64,000 bases of DNA, from NCBI GenBank assembly GCA_965261005.1, contig OZ253375.1, forward strand, positions 1,152,001 to 1,216,000, given 5' to 3'. Source of the stretch: Deinococcus sp. Lineage in GTDB: Bacteria > Deinococcota > Deinococci > Deinococcales > Deinococcaceae. Made by a program: the position numbers and the translations under genes. The notes below the pieces were generated by a model. The model saw only the letters and a list, made by a program, of their open reading frames with translations. It was not told the DNA's origin and made no database searches. This document shows positions 1-16,251 of the stretch, in pieces; positions within the stretch are counted from its first letter, which is position 1; each line of letters opens with the position of its first letter.

Positions 1-2147
<2,147 letters not shown>

Positions 2148-2166
2148 CCGAGGAAAAGGAGACGAT

Positions 2167-2739
2167 ATGAAACAGCATCAATTGGGCCGCGACTTGTCCC
2201 ACGAAACCGATCAGCTTTTCGAGGAACAGGGCTGGCTCGACCCCCTGGCCGATAGGCTGCAAGGAGCGGTCGAGGGCGCCTTTGACGCGCTGGGCCCCGC
2301 CGTCGAGAACGCCCTGCACGGCCAGTTCCTGGGCCACCCGCTGCACCCGGCCCTGATTGATCTGCCGCTGGGGGCCTGGGGGGCGGTGGGCGCCTTTGAC
2401 CTGCTCGACAGCCTCGGCGTCAAGCATCTGGAGGGCGCGACCAACTGGCTGCTGAGCCTGGGCCTGCTCGGGTCGGGAGCGGCGGTGGCGGCCGGCTGGA
2501 CTGACTGGCACAAGACCAGCCGCTTGCCGCGCCGCATCGGCTTGGCGCACGGGCTACTGAACGAGGGGGCGCAGGCGCTGTACCTCGGCTCGCTGCTGGC
2601 CCGGCTGCGCGGCAAAAAGACCTTGGGCAAAGTGCTGGCCCTGGGAGGTTTGGGCGTTCTGGGTGTGGGGGCGTACTTGGGCGGCCATTTGGTCTACAGT
2701 CACAAAGTCGGGGTGGGGCGGCCGTTCAGGGCGGGGTAG
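2167..2739 (+). CDS. DUF2231-type membrane protein
   Basis: GHPLHPALIDLPLG, AGWTDW, HGLLN and GAYLGGHLVY motifs; AGGAG RBS upstream. Confidence 0.75.
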   Translation: MKQHQLGRDLSHETDQLFEEQGWLDPLADRLQGAVEGAFDALGPAVENALHGQFLGHPLHPALIDLPLGAWGAVGAFDLLDSLGVKHLEGATNWLLSLGLLGSGAAVAAGWTDWHKTSRLPRRIGLAHGLLNEGAQALYLGSLLARLRGKKTLGKVLALGGLGVLGVGAYLGGHLVYSHKVGVGRPFRAG

Positions 2740-2748
2740 CGCGGCGCT

Positions 2749-3300
2749 CTATTTGGCCGGCTTGACCTTAAAGCTGCTGAGCACCTTGTCAAAGGCGGGG
2801 CCGTACTTGGGGTAGAGGGCCGCCGGCGTCACCAGCTGAAAGCTGTAGAAGTGCTTGCCGTCGGCGCCCAGCCAAGCGGAGAGCCGCAGCTTGGCGTTGT
2901 TGGCCTTGATGGTCATCTGGTACTGCCGCTCCTGCCCGGCCACGCCGCCGAGCGTGCGGTCGCGCGCGCTCAGTTTCTTGAGCACAGCTTGACCGCCGCC
3001 CGAGGCGCCCTCTTCGAAGCCCGCCCACTGCTCGGAGACGTTGTTCGGCCCGGACTCGGCCCCGGAGATCAGGACCATGCTCGCCTCGGGCGGCGTTTGT
3101 TTGGTGAACAACAGGGCGCCGACCGTGCCCGCCGGCGCGTCGCGCCGAATCCAGCCGCTGGGCACCTGGGCGCTGAAGGTCAGCCCCTTGCCGCTCAGCA
3201 AGGTGGTGGCGCCTTGAGCGCTGACCGTTTGAAAGCTCACCTCCCCCGTTATGGTGAGGAGAAAGACCGCCGGACTCAGAATCTTCATTTGAAGTTGCAT
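2749..3300 (-). CDS. Secreted hypothetical protein (PsbP/DcrB-like fold suspected)
   Basis: N-terminal signal-like segment, GC3-rich codons, C-terminal FDKVLSSFKV pattern. Confidence 0.55.
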   Translation of the reverse strand: MQLQMKILSPAVFLLTITGEVSFQTVSAQGATTLLSGKGLTFSAQVPSGWIRRDAPAGTVGALLFTKQTPPEASMVLISGAESGPNNVSEQWAGFEEGASGGGQAVLKKLSARDRTLGGVAGQERQYQMTIKANNAKLRLSAWLGADGKHFYSFQLVTPAALYPKYGPAFDKVLSSFKVKPAK

Positions 3301-3324
3301 GGGACGAAGTGTAGCAACTGGGAC

Positions 3325-3882
3325 TCATGGCAGGCGCCACAACCGCGCCCCAATGGTTCCTGCCACGTCCGAGAGCGGCACCGGCCCGAAGTAGCGCGAG
3401 TCCACGCTCTCGCCCAGGTGGCGGTTGTCGCCCAGCACGTAGACGCTCTCCTTGGGCACCCGTACGGGCGCCAGGGTCTGCCCCGCGTCCCCGCCGGCGT
3501 AGCTTTCAGCCACGCGCACGCCGTTGCGGTACAGCGCTCCTTCCCGCAGTTCTACCATGTCCCCCGCCACGCCCACCACCCGCTTGATCAGGTAAGGGCG
3601 GGAGCGCACGCCAAAGGTGCCCGCCGCGTAGCTTTCCGGGTGCCCCGCCGGCCCCTTGAACACAATCACGTCGCCACGCCCCGGCCAATTCGGCAACCCA
3701 CCCCAAGCGTGCAGCCACCTGGGCCACTTCCTGAGCAGCAGCACGTCCCCGCTGTGGTAGGTCGGGTTCATCGAGTCGCCGTCCACCCGCGCCACCATCG
3801 CCACGAAGGTGGCGACCAGCCACACCGGCAGGGCGGCGAACAGCAGCCAGTCGCGCAGGAACCGGAGCAGGGGCGCTCGCAC
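3325..3882 (-). CDS. lepB: Signal peptidase I
   Basis: GDSMNPT (catalytic Ser), LIKRVVG (Lys), GDNR...SVDSRYFG. Confidence 0.93.
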   Translation of the reverse strand: MRAPLLRFLRDWLLFAALPVWLVATFVAMVARVDGDSMNPTYHSGDVLLLRKWPRWLHAWGGLPNWPGRGDVIVFKGPAGHPESYAAGTFGVRSRPYLIKRVVGVAGDMVELREGALYRNGVRVAESYAGGDAGQTLAPVRVPKESVYVLGDNRHLGESVDSRYFGPVPLSDVAGTIGARLWRLP

Positions 3883-3919
3883 GGCGGAATGCTAGCGCAA
3901 GCCGGCCCAAAGGCGAGCG

Positions 3920-3936
3920 TTACGCCATTAACGTAA
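3920..3936. promoter_or_regulatory. RDRM (radiation/desiccation response motif, DdrO operator) upstream of ruvA
   Basis: 17-bp TTACGCCATTAACGTAA, palindromic TTACG-N7-CGTAA, 25 bp before the ruvA start. Confidence 0.8.
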
Positions 3937-3961
3937 TCAAGGAAACGCTAGACTGTCTCCC

Positions 3962-4558
3962 GTGATCGCCTTTTTGGAAGGCCCGGTGCGCGAACTCCGC
4001 GAGACAAGCGCCGTCGTGATGGCGGGCGGCGTCGGCTACGAGGCGCTGTGCCCGCGCACCACCCTGGAGACCTTGCAAATCGGCGAGGTGGCGGCGCTGC
4101 ACACCCGCCTGGTCGTGCGCGAGGACGCCTGGACGCTGTACGGCTTTCACCATCCGGACCTGGGCACCCTGTTTGATTACCTGACCGGCGTCAGTGGGGT
4201 GGGGGGCAAGCTGGCCCTGGCGCTGCTGTCGGCCATGCCCAGCGCGGTGCTGGCGCACGCCATCCTGAACGGCGACGTGGGCCTGCTCTCCAGCGTGTCG
4301 GGCGTGGGCAAGAAGACGGCCGAGCGCCTGAGCCTGGAGCTGCGCAGCAAGCTGCCGCCGCGCCTCGCGAACGAGGTGGGCGGCGCGCGGCGGCCCAGCA
4401 CGGCCACCAGCAGCGCCGAGCGCGACGCGGTGGACGCCCTCCTCGCGCTGGGCTACCGCGAGTTGCAGGTGCGCGCGGCCGTCTCGGAGTTGCTGTCAAA
4501 CGAGTCGGAGCTGAGCGCCGACCAGCTGATTCGCAGAAGCTTGGGCCGGCTGCGCTGA
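3962..4558 (+). CDS. ruvA: Holliday junction branch migration protein RuvA
   Basis: GGVGYE, VREDAWTLYGF, HhH motifs VSGVGGK and VSGVGKKTAER, C-terminal ALLALGY. Confidence 0.97.
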   Translation: MIAFLEGPVRELRETSAVVMAGGVGYEALCPRTTLETLQIGEVAALHTRLVVREDAWTLYGFHHPDLGTLFDYLTGVSGVGGKLALALLSAMPSAVLAHAILNGDVGLLSSVSGVGKKTAERLSLELRSKLPPRLANEVGGARRPSTATSSAERDAVDALLALGYRELQVRAAVSELLSNESELSADQLIRRSLGRLR

Positions 4559-4597
4559 GCTACGGTCCTGATGGGGCGAACAAGACACAATTCAGCC

Positions 4598-5239
4598 ATG
4601 AACACGCTCATCATCGGGGGGACGGGCGGCATCGGGTCGGCGCTGGCGCGAAGCTGGCCGCCGGGAACGCTATGGCTGTCCGGGCGCGACGGGGGCAAGC
4701 TGGCCCCGCTGGCGGAGGAACTCGGCGCGGCGCCGCTGACCGCCGACCTCGGCTTCGAGAGCCACGTCCGGGCGCTGTTCGGGAAAATCGGGGAACCTCT
4801 CGACACCTTGATCTACGCGGCGGGGGCCGTGCAGCCCGAGCCGCTCTCCAGCGCCACAGGGGAGGCGACCCGGCAAGTCTGGAACGCCAACTACTTCGGG
4901 GCGCTGTGGACGCTCAAATACGGGCTGCCCAAGCTGGCGCCGGGGGGGCGGGCCTACTTCCTCGGCGCCCAGCCCCAACTGGTCACGGCGCGCGGCTTCG
5001 CGCAGTACGCGGCCAGCAAGGCGGCCTTGGCGCGCGCCCTGGAGATCGCGCGGCTGGAGCACCGCAAGGCCGACCTGAGCTTGGTCTTACCGCCCGCCGT
5101 GGATACTCCACTGTGGCAACCGCTCGGCCAGCCGCCGAAGGGGGCCATGCGCCCGCAGGACGTGGCCGCCGCCCTCATCAGGAACCGCTTCGAGGAAGAG
5201 GCGGTGAACGAGCTGCTGATCGGGCCGCCCGGCGCGTAG
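4598..5239 (+). CDS. SDR family oxidoreductase
   Basis: GGTGGIG Rossmann motif and YAASK catalytic motif. Confidence 0.9.
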   Translation: MNTLIIGGTGGIGSALARSWPPGTLWLSGRDGGKLAPLAEELGAAPLTADLGFESHVRALFGKIGEPLDTLIYAAGAVQPEPLSSATGEATRQVWNANYFGALWTLKYGLPKLAPGGRAYFLGAQPQLVTARGFAQYAASKAALARALEIARLEHRKADLSLVLPPAVDTPLWQPLGQPPKGAMRPQDVAAALIRNRFEEEAVNELLIGPPGA

Positions 5240-5250
5240 GCGGGGCCGCC

Positions 5251-5658
5251 TTACTCGGCGCGGCGGCCCTGCACGAACGCGATCAGCAATATCCAAGCGA
5301 CGGCCCACAACAGCAGTGCGGCGACGATCAGGAGTTGGGCGGTTGACAGGTTGTACAGCGCCGGAAAGAACGTCAGGGCCAGGGCGTCGAGCAGCATGGC
5401 GGTAAAGCACAACACGACCGCGGCAGAAAGGACCGCCGGCCCCCGGACACCAACCGCGGTCGTTCCCAGCCACAAGAACACCCAAGCGATGGGAACAGGC
5501 AGCGCAAAGACCAGCGCCAGCGAGGCGCTGCCGGGCACCAGGACGGCCGGCCCGACAAAACGGAACATCATGGCGGCCAGAAACCACAGGATGACGCCCA
5601 GCGCGACAAAGACCGGAACGCGGATGACGGAACGAGGCGAGGTGGCAACGCTTGTCAT
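5251..5658 (-). CDS. Small 4-TM membrane protein (DUF5367-like)
   Basis: Four hydrophobic segments; ATGA overlap with the TetR gene. Confidence 0.65.
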   Translation of the reverse strand: MTSVATSPRSVIRVPVFVALGVILWFLAAMMFRFVGPAVLVPGSASLALVFALPVPIAWVFLWLGTTAVGVRGPAVLSAAVVLCFTAMLLDALALTFFPALYNLSTAQLLIVAALLLWAVAWILLIAFVQGRRAE

Positions 5659-6209
5659 AAGAAACCTCCTGCGAGCAGCGCGTTCTTGAGCGCGCGAAAC
5701 GCCTCGTCGGTGCGCCCCTCGTCCCCAGTCGAGAAGCGGTCAATCAAGAGGCCCGTCAGGGCGGCGAGCACGAAGTTGGTGGCGGGCGCCGGGACGTCTT
5801 TCAGGTGGGCGGTCACGACGGCCAACCAGGCTTCAATAGCCTCGCGGGCGAACTGCCGGTAGCGCTCATCGCCGTCTATGGCGTGCAGTTCGACCTCGAA
5901 GAGCGAGCGCAGAAAGGGCGTGAGTTCCGGGGACGTGAGCTGGGTCCACAGCGCGTCGAAGCGCTCGGCCGGGTCGCCGGCAAGGCCGACGCCGACCAGC
6001 GCCGTCTGCTGCCGCGCGGCGATGGCGGACAGCACCTCGACCACCAGTTGCTCTTTGGAACCGAAGTGGTACAGCAGCAGGCGCGCACTGACCCCGAGGG
6101 CGCCCGCCAAGGGGCGCAAACTGAGGTCGGTCAGGCCGCGCTCAAGCACGTAGGCGGCGGCGCGCCGCAACAAATCTGCTTTGGCCCCAAGGTTCGGCGG
6201 TCGTCCCAT
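5655..6209 (-). CDS. TetR/AcrR family regulator
   Basis: N-terminal HTH (LSLRPLAGALGVSARLLLYHFGSKEQL); GGAGG RBS. Confidence 0.92.
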   Translation of the reverse strand: MGRPPNLGAKADLLRRAAAYVLERGLTDLSLRPLAGALGVSARLLLYHFGSKEQLVVEVLSAIAARQQTALVGVGLAGDPAERFDALWTQLTSPELTPFLRSLFEVELHAIDGDERYRQFAREAIEAWLAVVTAHLKDVPAPATNFVLAALTGLLIDRFSTGDEGRTDEAFRALKNALLAGGFL

Positions 6210-6310
6210 ATCCTCCACATCCGTTACGTGAAACGAGCGTAGAGGGAAAGGGCCGGCACGTCAAGCTTGTCGGTAAGAAAACGCTGATGCGCTCGGAATT
6301 GCAGTGAACA

Positions 6311-7231
6311 CTAGGCTTCCGGCGCCCCTTGAACGCTCGCGCGCCGTCCTCTTCCCGGCGCCGGCCAATTCGCCAGGATCACGCCCGCCAAAATCACCCC
6401 GGCCGCCAGCAACTCGGCAGGGGTCAGCCGCTCACCCAGCAAAGCGGCCCCCAGGGCCAGCGCGACCAGGGGCGCCAGGTTCTGCCAGATGGTCGTCCTC
6501 GCCGCGCCCAGCACCCGCACGCCCCCCGCCCAAGCCAGGTAGGCGAACACGTTGGCCGCCAGGGCGGTCGCGGCGAGCAGCCCCCACACCGGCAGCGGCG
6601 CCCGCACCGCCGGCAGACTGGGCAACTCGGCCAGCAGGTACGGCAGCGATCCCAACAAGATAGAAAAGGCGACGAAGGGCAGCGTCCCGAGCCGCGTGCT
6701 CAGGGGGCCGCTGAGCATGGTATAGGCCGCCCAGCTGAGGGCAGCGAGGCCCAGCAAGGCGAGGCCGGGCAAGTCCACCGCGCTGCCGGGCGTGAGCGTC
6801 TGCCCCAGCAGCCAAGCCATGCCCGCGAGCGAGATCAGCACGCCCAGCGCTTGCCGGGCGCCCGGCCGCACGCCCAGCCCCAGACCGATCAGGACCACCG
6901 CCACCGGCACGACCGCGTTGGTCAGGCCGGCGATGCCCGCCGGCGCGCGCGCGACGCCGGCCAGAAACAGCGTCTGAAAGGCGGCGTTGCCGATCAGGCC
7001 CACCCCGGCCACCTGCAACCAAGTGCGCCCGTCCCAGCGCGGCCAGCCGTGGCGCGCGACGCTCAGGGCCAGCAGAATGGCGCCAGCCAGCCCGAGCCGC
7101 AACGCGATCAGCATGCCGGGGGCAAAGTGCCCCAGCAGCAGCTTGGCCGCCACCGCGTTGGCGCCCCAAAACAGCACGGTCAGGATGACGCCCAAGTACG
7201 CGCGCAGGATCACCGGGGCAGCCTGGAGCAT
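6311..7231 (-). CDS. DMT/EamA family transporter
   Basis: About 10 TM segments, FWGAN motif, duplicated EamA pattern. Confidence 0.88.
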   Translation of the reverse strand: MLQAAPVILRAYLGVILTVLFWGANAVAAKLLLGHFAPGMLIALRLGLAGAILLALSVARHGWPRWDGRTWLQVAGVGLIGNAAFQTLFLAGVARAPAGIAGLTNAVVPVAVVLIGLGLGVRPGARQALGVLISLAGMAWLLGQTLTPGSAVDLPGLALLGLAALSWAAYTMLSGPLSTRLGTLPFVAFSILLGSLPYLLAELPSLPAVRAPLPVWGLLAATALAANVFAYLAWAGGVRVLGAARTTIWQNLAPLVALALGAALLGERLTPAELLAAGVILAGVILANWPAPGRGRRASVQGAPEA

Positions 7232-7241
7232 TGCGCCGCGC

Positions 7242-8095
<854 letters not shown>

Positions 8096-8099
<4 letters not shown>

Positions 8100-9220
8100 G
8101 CGCGGGCCTCCCGTCTCAGCTGGCCGGCCAGGTACGGCACGATCACGACCGCGACCATGATCAGCAGCACGACGCCGATGGCGGCGCCCTTGGCGAACTG
8201 GTTGCCGCGAAAGGCGGTCAGGTACATCAGCAGGGCCGGCACGTCGGTCTGGACGTTGTCCGGGCCGGCCATCGCAAAGACGAGGTCGAAGATCTTGAGG
8301 CTGATGTGCCCGAGGATGATCATGGCGGACAGCGTAATGGGGGCCAGCAGCGGGAAGATGATGCGGCGGTAGAGCTGCCCCTCGGAGGCGCCGTCCACCC
8401 GCGCGGCCTCGCGCAGCTCGTCGGCGATGCCGCGCAAACCTGCCAGATAGAGGGCCATGGTGTAGCCCGCCATCTGCCACACCGCCGCCAGAATGATGCC
8501 GACAAAGGCGAGGTTGAAGCCGTGCAACTCGGGGTACGGCAACAGCTTGACGGTGCGGCCCAGCGTGACGGCCCACAGCAGCAGGATAGCTGCCGACCCG
8601 ATGGCGACCCAGGCGCGCGCCCGCTGCCCCTCCCGGAAGGCGTTAAAGGCCACCCAGCCCAGCACCAAGGCCACCACGACCGCCGTGATCAGGGGCAAAT
8701 TGTTCCAATCAAAGGCCCACACGCTGGCGCGCGAGGTCAGCCAGCCGAAGCTGCCCTCGGGCAAACCGAACACGGCCGGAAACTGGTTCACCCCACCCTG
8801 AGGCTGCAACATCCAGCGCCAGATGGTGCCGGTGACGATAAAGGAGAGGCTCATGGGAAACAGAAAAACGGTGCGAAAGAGGCCCTCTCCCCTGGGGTTG
8901 CGGTCGAGCATCATCGCGAGGCCCAGGCCGATGCCCAGACAGCCCAGCAAAAAGAAGCCCGTGAAGAAGAGCGAGCTGATCAGGTCTTGCCGGAAGCGGG
9001 CATCCAAAAAGCCGCCGAACAGCTCCCCAAAGTTCACCAGGCCGATATAGTGGATCACCGGATTGAGGGCCAGCGCCTGCGCCGGGTCCTTGCCCCAATC
9101 GGTCAGGGCGGTGTAGCCCGTGCGCGCGATAAAGCCGTACACGAAAATCGCCAGCAGCGCCAGCGAGGGCAGCAGCACCAACACGGCGGTCAACTGGTCG
9201 CGGTTGCGAAACCATCTCAT
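8096..9220 (-). CDS. Carbohydrate ABC transporter permease
   Basis: [12 protein letters not shown] loop, multiple TM segments. Confidence 0.92.
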
Positions 9221-9308
9221 ACATCACCCCTAGCGCCACCATCTAGCGTCAACAGTAAAGTGTGGGACGCGGGCCATAACCCACATCCCACACCCTACAG
9301 CTTTTCTT

Positions 9309-10543
<1,235 letters not shown>

Positions 10544-10635
10544 AAGACTCCTTTGAGCACGGGGCAAGATGCCCGAGCTTGTTTGAACGGTGCCATGAAG
10601 GTACGCTCAGCGGTTTTTGCTTACCGGGAGCTTTA

Positions 10636-11529
10636 TCACAAACGCAAGTCCACGTCGCCGTGGGCGAACTGCTCGGGTTCGATGTGGATGATCACGCTGC
10701 CCCCCGGCAAGCGGGCGTCAATGGCGGCCTCGATGCGGTCGCACAAATCGTGCCCGGCCTGCAAGGTCAGCGCGGCGGGCAGCACCAGATGAAAGTCCAC
10801 AAAGGTCCGGGGACCGGCGCGGCGCGTGCGCAGGTCGTGGACCTCGATGAACTCCGGGCGGAAGCGCTCGATGGTGGCGACCACGGCGCGCACCTCTTCT
10901 TCCGGCAAGCGCTCGTCGAGCAGGCCCGCCAGCGAGCCGCGTACCACCCGCCAGCCGAGCCACAGCACGCCGGCGGCTACCAACAGGCCGATCACGGGGT
11001 CGAGCCAGGCCCAGCCGGTGAAGATGGCGACCAGGACGCCCGCCAGCACCGCCGCCGAGGTCCACACGTCGGACAGCAGGTGTTGCCCGTCGGCCTCCAG
11101 CGCAATGGACCGGGTTTGCCGGCCCGCCCGCAGCAGCCGCAAACCGACCGCCAAGTTGACCAGGCTCGCCAGCGCCGTCAGGCCGAGGCCCAGCCAATCG
11201 GCGCTGGGGACCTGCAAGTTCATCAGGCGCGACAGCGAACTCTGCACGATCAAAACGCCCGCCACGCCGATCAGCAGCCCCTCCAGAAAGCTGGAAACGT
11301 ACTCGGCCTTGTTGTGGCCGTAGGGATGGTTCTCGTCGGCCGGCAAGGCGCTCAGGCGCAGGGTGACGGCCAGCAGCAGGGCGGCGGCCACGTTCACCAC
11401 GCTTTCGAGCGCGTCCGAGAGGATGGCGACCGAGCCGGTCAGGGCGTAGCCGCCCAGCTTGAGGCCGAACACCAAGACGCCCGCCACGAGGCTCAGGCGG
11501 GCGTAGCCTTGGTTGGTCCCGGCGCTCAC
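10636..11529 (-). CDS. Cation diffusion facilitator (FieF-like)
   Basis: SDALES, PADENHPYGH, HLLSD, VHDLRTR, IHIEP motifs. Confidence 0.93.
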   Translation of the reverse strand: MSAGTNQGYARLSLVAGVLVFGLKLGGYALTGSVAILSDALESVVNVAAALLLAVTLRLSALPADENHPYGHNKAEYVSSFLEGLLIGVAGVLIVQSSLSRLMNLQVPSADWLGLGLTALASLVNLAVGLRLLRAGRQTRSIALEADGQHLLSDVWTSAAVLAGVLVAIFTGWAWLDPVIGLLVAAGVLWLGWRVVRGSLAGLLDERLPEEEVRAVVATIERFRPEFIEVHDLRTRRAGPRTFVDFHLVLPAALTLQAGHDLCDRIEAAIDARLPGGSVIIHIEPEQFAHGDVDLRL

Positions 11530-11534
11530 GGCAG

Positions 11535-13064
<1,530 letters not shown>

Positions 13065-13089
13065 ACGGGCAAGTATAGCCGCCCACTTT

Positions 13090-13569
13090 TTAGTACTCGA
13101 TACTCTGCACCTTGTACTTGGCTTGCCGGGCGCCCAAGTTCACCACAAAGCTCTCGCCGACCTTGCGGCCCAGCAGTTGGGTGCCCACCGGGCTGTCGTC
13201 GCTGATTCTCGGTAGGCCCCCGCCCAGCACGCTGGCCTCGGGGGCGCTGACCAGTTGCACGCGCATCTCGCGCCCGCCTTGCTCGTCGAGCAGCACGACG
13301 ATGGCGCCCAGCGAGGCGCGCCCGGCGTCCCCGCCGTGGTCGTCCATCACTTGGGCGCGCGAGAGGGTGTCCTCCAACTCCTCAATGCGCACCTCGATGT
13401 TCATCTTTTCGCGCTTGGCGTCCTCCAAGCCGGTGTCCTCGGAGTCCGAGGCCGCCTCCATCTGCTCTTGCAAAATGCGGGTGGCCTCGGTCAGCCGGTT
13501 CTGTTCGTGGGCCAGCGCTTTTTCGAGGCGCTCGTAGCCTTCCCGCGTCAACTTGATTTCACGTGCCAC
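13090..13569 (-). CDS. gfh1: Gre-factor homologue of the Gfh1 type
   Basis: GTG start with [24 protein letters not shown]...[22 protein letters not shown] resembles Thermus Gfh1 and lacks the GreA GDLSENAEY tip. Confidence 0.8.
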   Translation of the reverse strand: MAREIKLTREGYERLEKALAHEQNRLTEATRILQEQMEAASDSEDTGLEDAKREKMNIEVRIEELEDTLSRAQVMDDHGGDAGRASLGAIVVLLDEQGGREMRVQLVSAPEASVLGGGLPRISDDSPVGTQLLGRKVGESFVVNLGARQAKYKVQSIEY

Positions 13570-13627
13570 GCTGCCCTCCAGATTTTCGCCGTATTGTGGC
13601 ATACAACCCCGCCAGCGGCAACGCGGC

Positions 13628-14017
13628 TCAATGGTCCAGCAAACGGTCGCGCAGCGCGCTCAAGCCCGCGCGACCGGCCCGTCCCTGACAATGCTGGGTG
13701 CTCAGGCAAAGGGTCACGTAGCGGTAGCGCCGCCCGCCCGGCGCGCCCTGCCCACTCTGCGCGGCGCGGTAGATGCCCACCTCGGCGCGGGCGCGCGTGA
13801 CATGGCACAAGTCGCAGTGGTAGGCGCGCTTGCCAACCGGCTCCAGCGGCTCCAGCTCGATCAGCGCGCCGCCGCTGACCAGGGCCAGCTTGCCGTCGGC
13901 CACAGGAAAGAGGCCCAGCGTCGGTCCCTTGGCGCCGTCCTGCCCGCCTCCGAACAGCTCGCGGGCCGTGTCCGGAAACAGCTCTTGCAACAGGTCGTGT
14001 TCGGTGTGGCCCTTCAT
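13628..14017 (-). CDS. Hypothetical protein with a putative Cys4 zinc finger (FBP C-terminal treble-clef-like)
   Basis: CDLC...CLSTQHC; lies directly upstream of gfh1. Confidence 0.6.
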   Translation of the reverse strand: MKGHTEHDLLQELFPDTARELFGGGQDGAKGPTLGLFPVADGKLALVSGGALIELEPLEPVGKRAYHCDLCHVTRARAEVGIYRAAQSGQGAPGGRRYRYVTLCLSTQHCQGRAGRAGLSALRDRLLDH

Positions 14018-14097
14018 GGGGGCAGTATAGGTGGGGCGGCCGGGAGGGGATTCTGGGGGGAGTCACGTTGGAGACAACCGCGTTACAGTGCGCGCCC

Positions 14098-14114
14098 TTA
14101 CGCCGAGAACATAA
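14098..14114. promoter_or_regulatory. RDRM (DdrO operator) between recO and the divergent Zn-finger/gfh1 genes
   Basis: TTACGCCGAGAACATAA (reverse complement TTATGTTCTCGGCGTAA) fits the 17-bp RDRM pattern. Confidence 0.78.
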
Positions 14115-14161
14115 CGTGCTGAGGTCACGCCGCCCCCCACGGCGCGGCGCTAGACTGCCGC

Positions 14162-14908
14162 GTGTCTTCCCGCCACGCCAACCGCAGCGGCATCGTGTTG
14201 CGGCGTTTCGTGACCACCGCCGGCGACGTGATCCTGACCCTGCTCACCCCGCAGGGCAAGCTCAAGGCCATCGCGCGCGGCGGGGCGCGCGGGGTGCAGA
14301 AGAGCAAGCTGAACTTGTTTCAGCATTTGGCCGTGCAGACCTACGCCACGCCGAAGAGCGATTTGCCGACCGTGCAACAGGTGGCCTTGGAGGGCGCCTT
14401 GCCGCGCCTCGCGGACCCTGGCCGCTACGGCTACGCCCATTTGCTGGCCGAGCTGAGCGACGCCCTGTTTCAGGAAGGCGAGCCGGCCGAGCAGGCCTTT
14501 GAGCTGTTCGCCGGCGCGCTGCGCGGCGTCAGCCACCACGCCGACCCGGAGTGGGTGGCCTACGTGATGGGCTTCAAGCTGCTGGCCCTCTCCGGCTTCG
14601 TGCCGCGCGCCGCCAGCTGCGCGCGCTGCGGCGCGGCGGACCCCAGGCACCCCGATCCCCTCAGCGGCCACCTGGTCTGCGGCAACTGCGCCGAGCTGCC
14701 CGCCTTGCCGGGGGAGGTGGTCGCCTTTTACCGCGAGGCGCCGCGCACCACCGTTCGCGCGCTGATGCACGCGCCGCTGCCCGAGAACACGCGCCCGGCG
14801 GCGTGGCGCTCGCTGGAGCGCTTCGTGGCGCTGCACGTGGGCGAGCTGCGGTCGTGGCGCGGTTTGCCGCACGAGGGGGTGCGGCGCGAAGTCGGCAGCG
14901 GGGCTTAA
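14162..14908 (+). CDS. recO: DNA repair protein RecO
   Basis: GIVLRR...[16 protein letters not shown] fold; CARC...CGNC zinc finger as in Deinococcus RecO. Confidence 0.95.
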   Translation: MSSRHANRSGIVLRRFVTTAGDVILTLLTPQGKLKAIARGGARGVQKSKLNLFQHLAVQTYATPKSDLPTVQQVALEGALPRLADPGRYGYAHLLAELSDALFQEGEPAEQAFELFAGALRGVSHHADPEWVAYVMGFKLLALSGFVPRAASCARCGAADPRHPDPLSGHLVCGNCAELPALPGEVVAFYREAPRTTVRALMHAPLPENTRPAAWRSLERFVALHVGELRSWRGLPHEGVRREVGSGA

Positions 14909-14921
14909 CCCAGCCGCTCGT

Positions 14922-16250
14922 CTAGCCCAGCAGCTCGTCCACCATCAAGGCGCCGCCCAGCACCGCCGGCAAGCCGCCGCCGGGATGCACGCCCGCCCCG
15001 ACCTGCCACAGGCGCGGCCCCAAACGGTACGGCTCGGGGTGAAACGGGCCGGCGCGCCAGGGGGAAAAGACCCGCCCGTAGATAGCCCCGCCGGCGGCGC
15101 CCCCGAGGGCGTAGTGCGCCGGCGTGAGGGTCAGGGCGCCGCGCAGGGTAGCGCGCAGGGAAACGTCGAGCAGACCTTCCAAGCGCTCCACTTGCCCCAC
15201 CACCCAAGGATGGTCCGCATCGAGGGGCCGCCCGGTCGGCGGCGCCGCGAGCAGCACCGATAGCTGGCCGTTCAGGTGGTGGATCAGGGCCAGCGTGTCG
15301 GGCGGCAGGGCGCGCAGACGCAAAGCCGCCTCAAACGAACCGAAGTCGCTGGGCGGCACGACCGTGGTGGGGGGCAGGGCGAGGTGCGGGGCGGGCGCGT
15401 ACAGCCCGACGCCGGACACGCTCAGCGGGGCGGGGCGGGCGGGACGGCCCAGCAGTTCTCCCAGCCGCGCGGGGTCGAGGGCCGACACCAGCACGCCGAA
15501 GCGGCGCGCGCCCGATGTTGTCGTCAGGCTGCCAGTGCGCGGATCAAGGGCCAGGGCCGGCGCGTGCGCTTGCAGCTCGGCCCCGCGCGCCCTCGCAAAA
15601 TCAATCAGCGTCTCCACCAGCGCGAACATGCCCCCCGCCGGGCGCCACACGTCCCGCGCGATCAGGGCCGGCAGCAGGGCGTACAGGGCGGGCGCGCGGC
15701 GCGGGGGCACGCCGGCGTTGAGCGCGTGAACGGCCAGCGCGGCGTGCAAGGGCGGCGGGAAGTTCCGGGCGCGCAGCCACCCCTCGGCGCTGAGGTGCGG
15801 CCACACCACCCGGCCCAGCGCGAGGCTCGCCCGCAAAAAGGCGGATTCCAACGGGCGCGGCGGCGTGGTCAACAGGGTCTCGACGTGCGGCTTCAGGGGC
15901 GCGACCTCCGCCTCGTAGCGCGCCCAGTGGGGAAACAGCGGGTGATTCGGCGGCACGGGTAGCGGCAGCCGAACGCCCTGCACGAGGTGGTCGCCCAAGC
16001 CGGGCAAACGCTCCAGGGCCAGCGGGTCGGTTTCGCCCAGCCGCGCCAGGAAGCGGCGCCACACGCCGGGAAAGGTGAACAGCGACGGCCCGGTGTCCAC
16101 GGCCGAGCCGCCGACCTCATGCCGCTCCAGCTTACCGCCCAACTCGGCGCGTTCGCAGAGCGTGACGGCGTGCCCGCGCCCGGCCAAAAGGGCGGCCAGC
16201 GCCAGACCGGCGACGCCCCCACCCACAATGCCGACAGAACGGCCCAGCAA
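14922..16250 (-). CDS. Phytoene desaturase-family FAD oxidoreductase (CrtI/CrtD-like)
   Basis: GGGVAGL...E...[27 protein letters not shown] start inferred just after the prenyltransferase stop. Confidence 0.82.
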   Translation of the reverse strand: MLGRSVGIVGGGVAGLALAALLAGRGHAVTLCERAELGGKLERHEVGGSAVDTGPSLFTFPGVWRRFLARLGETDPLALERLPGLGDHLVQGVRLPLPVPPNHPLFPHWARYEAEVAPLKPHVETLLTTPPRPLESAFLRASLALGRVVWPHLSAEGWLRARNFPPPLHAALAVHALNAGVPPRRAPALYALLPALIARDVWRPAGGMFALVETLIDFARARGAELQAHAPALALDPRTGSLTTTSGARRFGVLVSALDPARLGELLGRPARPAPLSVSGVGLYAPAPHLALPPTTVVPPSDFGSFEAALRLRALPPDTLALIHHLNGQLSVLLAAPPTGRPLDADHPWVVGQVERLEGLLDVSLRATLRGALTLTPAHYALGGAAGGAIYGRVFSPWRAGPFHPEPYRLGPRLWQVGAGVHPGGGLPAVLGGALMVDELLG

Positions 16251-16251
16251 G

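Noticed and set aside
6224..6242. TTACG-N9-CGTAG as an RDRM
   Set aside because: Spacing is 2 bp too long; more likely a TetR autoregulatory operator, which is unproven.
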